Source: an uncultured cyanobacterium
Lineage (GTDB): Bacteria > Cyanobacteriota > Cyanobacteriia > Cyanobacteriales > Cyanobacteriaceae
Direction of reading: 5' to 3'
NCBI GenBank assembly: GCA_963749915.1
Contig: CAVVOP010000021.1
Span: 352,001-416,000 of the forward strand
Length of the DNA: 64,000 bases
Shown here: piece after piece, positions 21,157 to 32,015 of the stretch
Position numbering within the stretch: position 1 is the first letter of the stretch
How the letters are laid out: every line of letters begins with the position of its first letter
Notes under the pieces: model-generated
The model's input: only the letters and a program-made list of their open reading frames with translations
Told to the model about the DNA's origin: nothing
The model's database searches: none
Position numbers and translations under genes: made by a program

Positions 21157-24100
21157 ATGAAAATTATTCACGGTACATGGATTCCCTCATCAGAAAATAA
21201 TTTTATTCAAAATGGGACTTTTTATCTCTGGATAGAAATTATCGAAAATCGTCGTCGAAGTCAAAAAATTTCTAACCTTTATCCCCGTCAATTAACTTCA
21301 GAAGAATTGGCTAATTTCATCACTAAAGAACTGACAATTTCTAATAATTATTATAATCCAGTTCAATTGATAAGTACTCAATATTTTCTGCTTCCTAGTA
21401 ATAATAATCAGCCCCTTCCTTCCTTAACTTTAAATCGTTATTTAGAAGGTGAATATCCGGAAATCAGTGAACTTCAGTATTGGGCTGTGGATTGTTTTCC
21501 TTTACCAGACATTACCAAAAATCTCAACGATATTCACTTTTTATCACTGTATCAAGCTCAGGAATGGGTATTAGGAATAGATCTACTTTTTTGGCATTAT
21601 TACACTCAAAATTTTAAACAAGTTATTCTTAAAGACCAATATATTCCTGCTTTAAAATATCGAGAGATAAATCCTAGGAAAAAATCAACTAAAGACTCAT
21701 CCTTTGAAATTTATCCAACTTGGGCAATTATTTCTCATCATTATCAACAGTTAATTAAGCATAGTATTGATATTATGCCTATGGCTTGTGTCGCAGGTTT
21801 TAATGAATTATCTGACTCAATTAATTTTTATGAAAAGGAAACTTTATTACATCATTTTTCCGAAAATTTACTTAATCAAATAATTAAAAATACTTCTTTA
21901 CCTAATGTCTTTACTAAAAAAATAGAACATTGTCCTTTAATTTATAATTGCCTTTTTTCTGCGGGAAAACCTTGGACTATTCCTCTGGCTTTAGAAACTT
22001 ATCAACAATGGCAAATATGGCAGGAAAAAATAATTGTAGGTAATAATAATAGTGATTTTAATTTATGTTTTCGATTGCAAGAAGCCTCAGATAGAAATCC
22101 ACAACAATGGTATTTAGAATTTTTAGTAGCATCAAAACAAGATCCTTCTTTAAAATTAAATTTAGATGATTATTGGAATTTTGACAAGAAAACTAAACAA
22201 TCAGTACTAAATCAATTTGGTCAAGAATTTGAAAAAAACTTACTTTTAAACTTAGGTTATGCGGCGAGAATTTATCCTAAATTATGGACAGGATTAGAAA
22301 CCGATAAACCTATTAGACTAGGTTTAAATTTAACAGAAGCATTTGAGTTTTTAAAAGAACAAGCCTGGATTTTACAAGATGCTGGTTACCCTGTAATTGT
22401 ACCAGCATGGTGGACTCCCACTGGTCGTCAAAAAGCCAAAATTCGCTTACAGGCGTCCACAAAAAAATCTTCTGCTTCTAGTAGTAAAAATGGGAAAGGT
22501 TACTTTAGTTTAGACAGTATTATTCAATATCAATATCAGTTGGCAATCGGCAATCAAACTGTTACTTCTCAAGAGTGGCAACAATTATTAGAAGCGAAAG
22601 TTCCTTTAGTTAAATTTAGAGGAGAATGGATAGAATTAGACCAAAATCAAATGCAAAAAATGCTGGAATTTTGGCAAAATAATCATCAAGAAAATCCAGA
22701 AATGAGCTTACTAGAATTAATGAAAATTGCCACTGAAAAAGTGGATATGTTTGAGGTAGAACATGATGATAGTTTAGCTCAAATGATGGCACAATTAACC
22801 GATCCTAATCAACTAGAATTAATTGATAATCCTGATAATTTTCAAGGGCAATTAAGGGAGTATCAAAAAAGAGGTGTTTCTTGGTTAAAATTTTTAGAAC
22901 AATTAGGTTTAAATGGTTGTTTGGCTGATGATATGGGTTTAGGAAAAACCGTTCAAGTTATTGCTCATTTAGTCAAAGAAAGAAATGAAAATAAACAGAT
23001 ATTACCAACTTTATTAATTGCTCCCACTTCCGTAGTGGGAAATTGGTATAAAGAAGTAGAAAAATTTGCTCCTCAACTTCGGGTAATGATTCATCATGGA
23101 GGCAATCGAATTAATCAAGAAAAAACTTTTAAAACTGAAGCGGTTAATTATGATTTAATTATTACTTCTTTTACTTTAGCTCGCAAGGATTTAAACTTAT
23201 TAAACCAAGTAAAATGGCAAAGAATTGTCTTAGATGAAGCTCAAAATATTAAAAATCCTACCGCTGCTCAAACTAAGGCTATTTTAAAGTTAAAAGCTAA
23301 TTATCGTCTAGCCTTAACGGGTACTCCTGTAGAAAATAGATTATTAGATTTATGGTCAATTTTTAATTTTCTTAATCCTGGTTATTTGGGTAAACAAACT
23401 CAATTTCGTAAATCTTTTGAGATACCCATACAGAAAAATAATGATAAAAAACAGTCTGTTATCTTGAAAAAATTAGTTGAGCCATTTATTTTAAGAAGGT
23501 TAAAAACTGATAAAAATATTATTAAAGATTTACCTGATAAAGTAGAACATAAACAATATTGTAATTTAACAAAAGAACAAGCATCTTTATATGAATTAGT
23601 CGTCAAACAAGTATCAGGTGAATTAGAAGAAGCTGAGGGAATGCAACGTAAGGGTTTAATTCTTTCTACTCTCATGCGTCTCAAACAAATTTGTAATCAT
23701 CCTCGTCAATTTTTACAGGATAATAGTGATTTTACCCCCCAAAGATCTCACAAATTAGAAAGATTAGGAGAGATGGTTGAGGAGGTAATTGCTGAGGATG
23801 AAAGTTTGTTAATTTTTACTCAATTTACGGAAATTGGTGAGGCTTTACAACATTATTTTAAACATAAATTTTACTATAATACTTATTATTTACATGGGGG
23901 TACTTCAAGGAAAAAAAGAGAACAAATAATTGAGGAATTTCAAGGAGAAGATACTGAACCTTCGGTGTTTATTTTGTCTTTAAAAGCAGGGGGTGTGGGA
24001 ATTACTTTAACAAAGGCCAATCATGTATTTCATTTCGATCGTTGGTGGAATCCTTCGGTGGAAAATCAAGCCACCGATAGGGCCTTTAGAATTGGTCAGC

Positions 24101-24285
24101 AAAAGAATGTTTTTGTCCATAAATTCGTGACTTTAGGCACACTGGAGGAAAGAATTGATCTGATGATTGAGGACAAGAAAAAAATTGCCGATGCAATTAT
24201 CGGTGCGGATGAATCGTGGTTAACGGAGTTGGATAATGATAGTTTTAAGGAGTTAATTGCTCTTAATCGTCAGGCTATTATTTAG
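21157..24285 (+). CDS. SNF2-family helicase (DUF3670-type)
   Basis: LADDMGLGKT, DEAQ, LTGTPVEN, SLKAGGVG and QATDRAFRIGQ motifs. Confidence 0.93.
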   Translation: MKIIHGTWIPSSENNFIQNGTFYLWIEIIENRRRSQKISNLYPRQLTSEELANFITKELTISNNYYNPVQLISTQYFLLPSNNNQPLPSLTLNRYLEGEYPEISELQYWAVDCFPLPDITKNLNDIHFLSLYQAQEWVLGIDLLFWHYYTQNFKQVILKDQYIPALKYREINPRKKSTKDSSFEIYPTWAIISHHYQQLIKHSIDIMPMACVAGFNELSDSINFYEKETLLHHFSENLLNQIIKNTSLPNVFTKKIEHCPLIYNCLFSAGKPWTIPLALETYQQWQIWQEKIIVGNNNSDFNLCFRLQEASDRNPQQWYLEFLVASKQDPSLKLNLDDYWNFDKKTKQSVLNQFGQEFEKNLLLNLGYAARIYPKLWTGLETDKPIRLGLNLTEAFEFLKEQAWILQDAGYPVIVPAWWTPTGRQKAKIRLQASTKKSSASSSKNGKGYFSLDSIIQYQYQLAIGNQTVTSQEWQQLLEAKVPLVKFRGEWIELDQNQMQKMLEFWQNNHQENPEMSLLELMKIATEKVDMFEVEHDDSLAQMMAQLTDPNQLELIDNPDNFQGQLREYQKRGVSWLKFLEQLGLNGCLADDMGLGKTVQVIAHLVKERNENKQILPTLLIAPTSVVGNWYKEVEKFAPQLRVMIHHGGNRINQEKTFKTEAVNYDLIITSFTLARKDLNLLNQVKWQRIVLDEAQNIKNPTAAQTKAILKLKANYRLALTGTPVENRLLDLWSIFNFLNPGYLGKQTQFRKSFEIPIQKNNDKKQSVILKKLVEPFILRRLKTDKNIIKDLPDKVEHKQYCNLTKEQASLYELVVKQVSGELEEAEGMQRKGLILSTLMRLKQICNHPRQFLQDNSDFTPQRSHKLERLGEMVEEVIAEDESLLIFTQFTEIGEALQHYFKHKFYYNTYYLHGGTSRKKREQIIEEFQGEDTEPSVFILSLKAGGVGITLTKANHVFHFDRWWNPSVENQATDRAFRIGQQKNVFVHKFVTLGTLEERIDLMIEDKKKIADAIIGADESWLTELDNDSFKELIALNRQAII

Positions 24286-24365
24286 ATTATTCCATAATTT
24301 GTAGATTAAATTACAAAATAGACTATAGAATAATTATGAAAGAAATAAAAAATGTCGCTATTGAG

Positions 24366-24590
24366 TGGCGTTTTGTAAGTGTAGTTTGGAAGTAATTACA
24401 AATCTGTGGCAAATGGTAATTTTTGGATAGAGGTGTTTGTTGTTCCTCTATATAATCAAAACTCACTTCGGAGCAATTGGCGGTTTTGTAAGTGTAGTTT
24501 GGAAGTAATTACAAGGATCTGTGGCAAATGGTAATTTTTGGATAGAGGTGTTTGTTGTTCCTCTATATAATCAAAAACTCCACTCGATCC
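24366..24590 (+). repeat. imperfect tandem duplication with a period of about 112 bp
   Basis: Units start at 24366 and 24478 and differ mostly by small indels. Confidence 0.9.
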
Positions 24591-24737
24591 GGAAATAAAA
24601 GAAAATCTCCAAGAACTTACTAAAAAAGTTCAAATAGAATCATCTAACAATGAAATATAATGTACTATAGCGATCCTATTTGAGTTGTGACATTTTGGTT
24701 AGGGTAGAATTTAAGAGTCAGTGCGATCGCCGATCTC

Positions 24738-24768
24738 GTAGGTTGGGTTGAGGCATGAAACCCAACAA
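24738..24768. repeat. cyanobacterial REP-like palindrome
   Basis: GTAGGTTGGGTTGAGGCATGAAACCCAAC hairpin with GTAG tetranucleotide. Confidence 0.55.
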
Positions 24769-24857
24769 TTACTAAATTATTTAAAATATAGAAGGCGATC
24801 ATTATCGTTAACAGATTTTCAACAAATACTATTTATTACCTTAATTTAAAAACATTT

Positions 24858-25094
24858 ATGAACAATAATCTTTTAGAAAGAATTACGATTAATCCTGGTG
24901 TTTGTCATGGAAAACCTTGTGTCAGAAATCTACGTTATCCAGTGGAATTCATTTTAGAATTACTCAGTTCAGGTATGACGACTAATGAAATTTTGATGGA
25001 TTATGAAGACTTAGAAAATGAAGATATTATGGCTGTATTGTTTTATGCAACTCGATTAACTCAGATTAAGGGAATTTATGAAGTTAAAACATGA
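24858..25094 (+). CDS. DUF433 antitoxin-type protein
   Basis: RITINPGVCHGKPCVRNLRYPV...ILMDYEDLENEDI. Confidence 0.88.
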   Translation: MNNNLLERITINPGVCHGKPCVRNLRYPVEFILELLSSGMTTNEILMDYEDLENEDIMAVLFYATRLTQIKGIYEVKT

Positions 25095-25271
25095 AGTTTT
25101 TAATTTAAAATATGGTCAGTATTTGTGATTTATTCGAAAAATACCAATTGATAGAAATAAATATTAATGATATTATCGTTCACTATTAATATTATTTTAT
25201 AACTAAATCTTCATTATTATTTCTAATTTAAAAATTCAAATATTTTATTTATAATTATCAACTTTCTCAAG

Positions 25272-26105
25272 ATGAATAAATTTAGTAAAACATGGTGGGG
25301 AAAACGTTTTATCGAGGCTTTGGAATCTTTCACTGATTCGGGAAGATTAAGTCGGGGCCGTAGTTATGCCAATAATGGCAAAATAAAAGAGTATAAAATT
25401 ACTCAAGGAAAAATCACTGCTAAAGTGAGAGGTTCTGTTAATCCTTATTTTGGGGTTTATAAAGAGCCTTTATATAAAACAGAAATCTCTTTAACTCCTA
25501 TTTCTAGTGAAGATTGGGAAAAGGCGATCGCTTTTCTCTCTACCCATGCTAGTTTTGTGGCTAAATTATTAATGAATGAAATGCCAGATAATATTGAGGA
25601 AGCATTTTACCGAGAATTTAAGTTACATTTACTACCTTATGATAATGATGATTTTGAGACAAAATGTTCTTGTCCAGATTGGTCAAATCCATGTAAACAT
25701 ATAGCTGGAGTTTATTATTTAGTTGCCTCAAATTTGGATCAAGATCCTTTTTTACTATTCGAGTTGCGTGGACTATCACGGGAGAAATTACACCAACAAT
25801 TAATGAAATCTCCTTTAGGTCAAATTTTATCTCAAGGATTAATCAAAGAAAATTTAGCTCCAGAATCAGTAGAATCTTATTACACTAAACCGATTTTAGT
25901 ACCTGCTAATTCTAACATTAATCAGAAAGAATTTTGGCAAGGAGAAAAGAAAATACCAGATCATTTACCTGACAATTCATCGGCAACTATTCCTGCTATT
26001 GTGGTTAAAAAAGCCGGAGATGATCCAACCTTTTGGCATCGGGATAGTTCTTTTATTGAGGTAATGAGCGATTTTTATACCAGAATTCGTAAAACGGTTT
26101 TATAG
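25272..26105 (+). CDS. SWIM zinc-finger protein (usual partner of the SNF2 helicase)
   Basis: TWWGKRFIEALE, RLSRGRSYA and CSCPDWSNPCKH motifs. Confidence 0.9.
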   Translation: MNKFSKTWWGKRFIEALESFTDSGRLSRGRSYANNGKIKEYKITQGKITAKVRGSVNPYFGVYKEPLYKTEISLTPISSEDWEKAIAFLSTHASFVAKLLMNEMPDNIEEAFYREFKLHLLPYDNDDFETKCSCPDWSNPCKHIAGVYYLVASNLDQDPFLLFELRGLSREKLHQQLMKSPLGQILSQGLIKENLAPESVESYYTKPILVPANSNINQKEFWQGEKKIPDHLPDNSSATIPAIVVKKAGDDPTFWHRDSSFIEVMSDFYTRIRKTVL

Positions 26106-26292
26106 CAATTCTCTCACCATAAATTTACGGCGATCATTATATATAAGATGAGGGGAATTCAAAAAGAAAATTTTTTCTGAACAGAAAAGTAAAATTCCTG
26201 TCTAAATTCTGAGGCTAGATTATCCCGAACAAGCGGAATAGCAACTCCCACATTGGTTTGCCAATCATGCCATTGCCAATTCCAACTTAACC

Positions 26293-27574
26293 CTGAGGGG
26301 GCGACAAAGCATTCATAACGCAGATTGGATAAGGGAAATAGCTCTCATACCTTGACGATAATAAGAGTGTTTCTGAGGAAATAAAGAGGTTAATTCTTCC
26401 AATTGTTCTTGGAAAAAGCAGATTTCACTTAGCCATTTTATGGCATTTAAACCAATAGAAAAATCACTATTTCTTTTATATTTTCTTCCTTTTTCTGTCG
26501 GACGAACTAAATATTCACTTATTCCTTTTCTTTTAATTTCTTCCCCTATAAATGTTGAATAGCTGTAGGATAATGTTATTAGTATAATTAAAGAAATTAG
26601 TCGTTCATTTTCAACTTTTGTGCTCTCTAAATTATATCCTCCTAATTTCAAATCTCTAAACATTTCTTCAATCCCCATTCTTTTGGAATAAGCGGAGATT
26701 GTTTCCGACATATTTTCTAAATTTGTTAAAATAAACCATGGTTCTTTGCTAGATTTATGACCATAATTTCTTTTCCACTTTGCGGCTAAATTAATTCCTG
26801 AAAATCCCTTGGTTTTTGTTACTTTTATTCCTTGATAATATACCGAGAATCCTGGACATAAACCTAATTCACTTAATCGAAACCATATATCAGTTTCTAA
26901 CTCCACATATTCACTGTTTTTTAAACGTAGAGATAAATAAACCTGTTTCTCTACTGATAACCACTTTGCTAAATCTACAGAGCAAAATTCCCTATCTCCT
27001 AAGACAATTATTTTATATTCAATTAATAAATTAATACTCGGTTCTAATACTTGTTTTTGTTCTAATAAATTACTGCTTCCTTTTTTATCTAGTAATGTAA
27101 AATAAACGGGAATAGCTCGTTGATTATAAACTAAACTTACCATCAATATATTAATATTTTGCCACTGTGTTCTATCAATTACGAAATAGATGACTTTTTT
27201 CGATTCCCAATTATTAATAATCCCTGATTTTAAAATGGGAAACCAGATAGTTTCAATTTTCCAATTTTCCAGACTTAGAAATCGTTGTAACTTTTTAATT
27301 CTACTTCTTAATTTAATCGGATAAGGAAAAAGTTTTGCCATTTCTTCTAACCTGACAGTTTTAAGATTTTGAAGTAAGTTAACTAAAAGACAAAGAGTTA
27401 AATATTGAGGTAAATTAAACTGCTTTTTTAAATTATCCTGATAATATTGAGGAAGTTGAAACATTTTTTTCTATGGCAATTAATATAAAAACTGAAAATA
27501 TCTTATCTTTATCCAGATTAGCATGTTCAATCCCTTATAGAATCGTCTGTTTAGCTTCATTGTCGCCCCCTCAG
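26293..27574 (-). mobile_element. IS4-family insertion sequence with apparently intact transposase (26313-27464)
   Basis: 15-bp TIRs CTGAGGGGGCGACAA / TTGTCGCCCCCTCAG; DRT, GDREF and YSKRMGIEEMFRDLK motifs. Confidence 0.92.
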
Positions 27575-27619
27575 AATAATTTATTATTCATCTTTTTTTT
27601 GAATGGTGTTATTAATTTA

Positions 27620-27783
27620 ATATTTTGATGAAAATAAATAATAATAGTCATAATTTCACTCAAGGATAATCGACTATTTTTGATTCTTTTTTTCTGTTTA
27701 GATGATAAAATTTGACGATTAAAAGATGGTTCAAAAATTAAACAGAAATCATCTACATCATCGAAAAGTGTTTCTAATTCCAT
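27620..27783 (-). pseudogene. IS982-family transposase N-terminal fragment
   Basis: LETLFDDVDDFC...LSLSEIMTIIIYFHQ. Confidence 0.75.
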
Positions 27784-27810
27784 AAAAATTAATTTTTAAA
27801 AAATAACATA

Positions 27811-27900
27811 TTGATTTTGTCCCCCGAAGAAAAGTCTCAATTAGAAAAGAATCTAATCTCCGAAGGATGTCGAGATCCTTTAGTAATATGGAAAGAAGCT
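27811..27900 (+). pseudogene. ParB-like N-terminal domain fragment (plasmid/phage type)
   Basis: LSPEEKSQLEKNLISEGCRDPLVIW. Confidence 0.5.
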
Positions 27901-27940
27901 CAGACAGAAGATTGTGTTTTTCGGGCGATCAGTAGTAACC

Positions 27941-28138
27941 GGGCGATCGGTAGTAATGGAACCAAATCGTACGTTAAGCCCAAAATTATTATTTAATAAT
28001 CGCTGAAACTATTATTCTTTCGTTAGCAGAAGTTAATAGGCTATGTCATATACTTCAAAAAATCTCTTTTTAGAGTGCAGCTATAGTAGGCATTTCAGCC
28101 AAGCGCGTACGTTTCCGTACGGTTACTACCGATGGCCC
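27941..28138. mobile_element. putative Tn3-like miniature element with imperfect 38-bp inverted repeats
   Basis: GGGCGATCGGTAGTAATGGAACCAAATCGTACGTTAAG matches the reverse complement of 28101-28138 at 26/38 positions. Confidence 0.55.
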
Positions 28139-28219
28139 TTTACCGAGTTGGCACTAAATTGCAGCTTCCCTAGCTTTACGCCTTATAAGAAGATTTTGCT
28201 CAGATGTTACTAAATGAAA

Positions 28220-30138
28220 TTAAAAAGAGTTGAGAATATTCAGTTTAGAACGCCAGTCCTCATCATAGCGAAAAATTAATACATAGAAATTAGCATTGTA
28301 TTTCAGGTTTTCTCTTTGAATACGATCGCTTTCTTGTTGTTCAGGATGTTCATGAATACTACCATCACAAAAAATAGCTACTTTGGCATCTATGTAAACA
28401 AAGTCAGGCTTGACATTTACTTCGGGAATTAACATTTGAGCAGAATCAGGGAGTTTAATTCCTTGTTGATATAATTGGGCTAAAAACTCCCTTTCAAAAT
28501 CTGAATTAGGATCAGTTTGAGCTAATAATTTTTGATACTGTGCCTCACGGGAATTACCTTGACTATGACGATCGATGTTACTATTTGTTAGTTGTTCTAG
28601 GTAAGGACGAATAAGATGGCGGTTTAATAAACGTTCTGATGCTAATTCGTTTTCTTCTAATTTATAGACTCCTTGAATAGCTCTTTCTAGGGCATATTGA
28701 AAACTGGCTAAAAATGATTCTGAGTTATCTTTAGGTATTTGTAATGGTTCCACCAATAAAACATTACAGGTGTCTTCCACCAATAAATGCACTTCTGTTT
28801 GTAAAGTGTTCATTTCTTCGGGTGTTTTCGCCTCGCCCCAAACACCAGTAGTAACATTCAGTTTAAAACCTCTTTCTTGGCTATTTTTTAAACCTCGATT
28901 AATACGCCAAACATTGGCTGTATCTCCATAAGTTAGCTCCATTATTTTACTGCCGTCATCGGTAGTAACGGTGGCTAATTCTTGCTTACTGCCATTGAAA
29001 CGGAAATGAGTGGTAATATTGTAGCCATATTTAAGTCTTTCTTCCTCATCGCAAGTTATACGTTCTCTTCTACGAGTTAACATGGTATCCATATTGAGAA
29101 CTCGATTTAATTTGGCTGGATTACCATAACTATCGGGAACAATTTTGGTTTGGCAATTTTCACATAAATCTCTTGACCAATCATCTCCTGTATGAAAATA
29201 ACTACAATTGGGGCAAATAGCAACTCTTTTATAATCATCTTCAATTCCCTTGACGGGAATACGAGTTTTATGGAGTTGGAATTTACTGCCCTCATAGTAA
29301 ACGATATTTTGAGGGGCAAATTCTCTAATGGCAACTACACGAGGACGAGAAATAAATTCTCCTTCATCCCCTGCGGGAATATAAGCTCTGACAGGAAGAC
29401 GAGGAAAGTTATAACCGGGGAGAAATCCTTCGGAGGCAAAATAGCGATAGGGATAAAATTCCAATTGACTTTGATGTTTGCCTTGTTTAATTTGTCCTAC
29501 TAATAAGTCAATTTGTCTTTTGGCTTCTCTTTCTAATGCTTCGGCATTGTTTCTTTCCTCTTGAGTTGTGCCGCCTGTGGCTGAGCGATCGATTACTTGA
29601 CGGGATAATTGTAATTGTCTCACTGCATCTTGATAAAGTTTTCTCCAGCGATCGCAAGCATGGTCAAAACTAATTAAAGCGTTATCTAAAGTATCTTTGA
29701 GCCAATCATTACTATACCAAGAAGCTTTTTCTAGATCTTGTCGGCAGAATAAATCTTCTAGAATTAGCTTCGCTGCTTGCAAACAAGCTTGTAATTTAGA
29801 TGGGGTTAAAGTCAATTGACTTTTAACAATCTCTTTCAGAGGATAACCTTCTTGTTCTAAATCAAGAATTTGATTCATCGAGTTTTCTAAGTATAAACCT
29901 GTATGAGCTAACCAGAGAGAGTGAAGGTGGGACTTAATTAGATCTTGATTACCCAATTCTAATTTAGGAGGAACAACAACTCCGGCTACCATTTGTTCTT
30001 GTCGTTTGAAGAAATATTGATCATGCCCACTACCAACTGCTGCATAGGTAATCACTAAAGCCTCTTGTCCACTACGTCCTGCCCTACCACTGCGTTGAGC
30101 ATAATTAGCGGGACTAGGGGGAACATTACGCATATGAA
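28220..30138 (-). pseudogene. C-terminal half of a DEAH-box/DUF1998-type helicase with a terminal Vsr/DUF559-like nuclease
   Basis: Motif VI NYAQRSGRAGR, CPNC/CENC Zn ribbon, PDF...FCDGSIH; begins at the IS1634 junction. Confidence 0.88.
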
Positions 30139-31748
30139 CCCACATTCCGCACGTCAAACTGTATAAATTCAGATTACGAGGTTAGAAGTTGAACAGTGAT
30201 TGACTACGACAAGAAATACTCGGTGATTAGTTCTCTAGCTTATAAAGAGAACTCAGATAAATTAGTAGAAAAATGAGCAACGTTTAAGGGATAATTAAAT
30301 TCAGTTTTTAATTTAATTTTGGAAATGATATTTTCAGAAGATATACAAGTTCAAACCATTAATCATTTAGGATTAATTGCTGGAGTTATAGATGAAATTG
30401 GCATTGAAGAAATTATTAATGATGCCCTCGGTATTGACGAGAGGGAAATGGTGACAGCAGGTCAAATAGTCAAAGCAATTATTCTGAACGGATTAGGATT
30501 TATTTCTCGACCTCTTTATCTATTTCCACAGTTTTTTAAAGACAAAGCCACAGAACATTTAATCGGAAAAGGAATACTACCTGAGCATTTGAACGATGAT
30601 TGCTTTAGCCACAGTAAAAAAATATAATATCAACATAGATTTTTCTCATTTAGATTCAACTTCTTTTGCGGTAGAGGGGAAATATAGTCAGGAAAAAATC
30701 ACCAAAAATTTGGTGAAAGAAAATGCAGAATTAGAGTTAATTAATCAAATTCCAATTAAGATAATTAAAGGTTATTCTCGTGACCATCGACCAGATTTAA
30801 AACAATTTATTTTGGATTTAATTGTGAGTGGTGATGGTGATATTCCACTATTTTTAAGAGTAGCAGATGGCAATGAAAATGATAGAGCAGTTTTCGGCAA
30901 AATAGCGAAAGAATACAAATCAATGATAGATTTTGAGACGATGATAGTAGGTGATAGTGCCTTATATACAGAAAATAACCTGAAATTAATGAGTGGAATA
31001 GAATGGTTATCGAGAGTTCCACTATCAATAAAAGAGGCAAAAAATTTAGTTTCAGAACTATCAGAATCTGATTTGACTCCAAGTAGTTTAGAGGGATATT
31101 TATGGTATGAAGTAAGGAATAATTATGCAGAAATTGAGCAGAGATGGTTAATAGTAGAAAGTGAAAAAAGAAAGGCATCAGATTTAGAAAAACTAAGTAA
31201 AAAAATAGAGATCGAAACAATGTCAATGTTGATGGGGTTATGTCTGTTAGTATATTCTTTGGGGCAAAGAGAAGTGCGTCGCTTATTAGAGGAGAGAAAA
31301 ACGGGGATAAAAAATCAGCTAGGAAAACTAACGGAACGTCCAACGTTAAGATGGATATTTCAATGTTTTCAGGGGATTCATTTAGTAATAAATAGAGGAA
31401 TAAAACAGATAGTAAATCTAACAAATGAACGAAAACTAATTTTAAGTTTTTTCCCGATTTCTTGTCATAATTATTATATTTTATCTGGATAACTTATGGG
31501 ATTTAAGAGTCTAAACATTCTCAATTATAATATCATAAATAAAGAATAGAAAACTGATAGATTTGCTCTGTTTATTTATTCTCATTAAAGGTGAAGTTAT
31601 TGACAATGAGATTTTAATTTGAGCAAAGTTCGCGAATACAAAACGCGAATAAAGAAGATATTGAGTATTATTACTTATATTTTGTCCAAAATAAGTTGCT
31701 TGGTTTTAATACTTTTATCATCTTACAAAGTGACGTGCGGAATGTGGG
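30139..31748 (+). mobile_element. IS1634-family element, copy 2 (internal deletions, frameshifted transposase)
   Basis: Same TIRs; homologous to copy 3. Confidence 0.93.
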
Positions 31749-31763
31749 TTAGAAATCAAGGGC

Positions 31764-31965
31764 GATCGCTTTCTGAAGACGATCGTCAAATGTTTGAAGA
31801 AAGATTATTCTTTAATAATGAAGCAGTTAGCACACAAGATATTATGAACTTAGCCCAAAAAGGTGGCTCTTTTGATTTTCTCAATGAAGAACCAGATATT
31901 TATACCTTAGAAGATGGAGAAGCGATTTAATCTCTCTTAAAAAAGGTGATATTGTTTTAGTTCCT
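31764..31965 (+). pseudogene. 5'-truncated antitoxin plus a 12-codon PemK/MazF toxin stub
   Basis: RSLSEDDRQ...FDFLNEEPDIYTLEDGEAI* overlapped by (ATC)SLKKGDIVLVP. Confidence 0.65.
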
Positions 31966-32015
31966 AAAAGTACAGGTAAATTTACCCATCAGATTTCACC
32001 TCTATAAATTACCAT
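31966..32015 (-). pseudogene. PemK/MazF toxin stub with nonsense codon
   Basis: MVIYRGEI*WVNLP, overlapping the antitoxin stop. Confidence 0.65.

Noticed and set aside
24366..24590. CRISPR array or type III TA repeat
   Set aside because: Only two ~112-bp contiguous units, no spacers, and no cas or ToxN-like gene.
28095..28140. Group II intron domain V
   Set aside because: No AGC/CGC triad helix or domain VI geometry; better explained as an inverted repeat of 27941-27978.
31619..31763. N-terminal part of the 103-aa ORF (likewise the MTCGMW start of 28220-30157 and the tail of 36563-36907)
   Set aside because: Chimeric reading across IS1634 ends.
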